Positions 63,781-64,000 of a stretch of DNA of 64,000 bases are shown here, in pieces (the first letter of the stretch is position 1; each line of letters begins with the position of its first letter). Below the pieces are notes generated by a model that did no database searches, was not told where the DNA came from, and saw only the letters and a program-made list of their open reading frames with translations. The stretch is from Vicugna vicugna (lineage: Eukaryota). Made by a program: the position numbers and the translations under genes. Where the stretch lies: positions 682,001 through 746,000 of the forward strand of contig MU057487.1 in NCBI GenBank assembly GCA_013265495.1, in the 5' to 3' direction.

Positions 63781-64000
63781 TGATCAAAGTTGAGCAGCCA
63801 GTTTGCTGTTGGTCTCTGTCAGACTGTAACCAGAGGAAGACAGTTACTAGTGATTAAAGGATCTGGGAAATGCTGCAAGGTGAGTAATTTTGGCAGTGCA
63901 AAGAAAGTGAGTCCCAAGGGCCCTAAGGAACATACATTACTAAGTTGGAATCGGAGGAAGGGATTGGGCTTTTTGTAAATGGAGGGGGTAAGACAGAGAA

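Noticed and set aside
1..64000. A novel multi-gene system, or exons of flanking genes (GRM1 and ADGB are the human neighbours as I recall)
   Set aside because: No coding sequence other than RAB32 and decayed L1 ORF2 could be recognised

Overview
Mammalian genomic DNA, most likely a camelid (inferred from three tRNA-derived SINEs resembling the camelid vic-1 family, artiodactyl-type L1 3' ends, and no Alu, Bov-A/BovB, PRE1 or Can-SINE copies seen). The only supportable protein-coding gene is RAB32 on the + strand: three coding exons (34654-34903, 50124-50401, 54424-54570), an intact 224-aa protein ending in CC, a CpG-island promoter interrupted by a 20-N gap, and a likely poly(A) signal at 54902. 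The rest is intergenic or intronic DNA rich in LINE1, L2, MIR, MaLR/ERV LTRs and hAT DNA transposon relics. I found no previously undescribed multi-gene system. The best small-scale observations are a tailless U3 snoRNA retro-insertion with target-site duplication and priming microhomology, a templated insertion between 46-bp direct repeats, a 45-bp L1 remnant with a full TSD (all three in RAB32 intron 1), a diverged 78-bp local duplication upstream, and a near-consensus CTCF site with PU.1 and kB motifs in the promoter. Repeat family names come from recalled consensus sequences and boundaries of old repeats are approximate.
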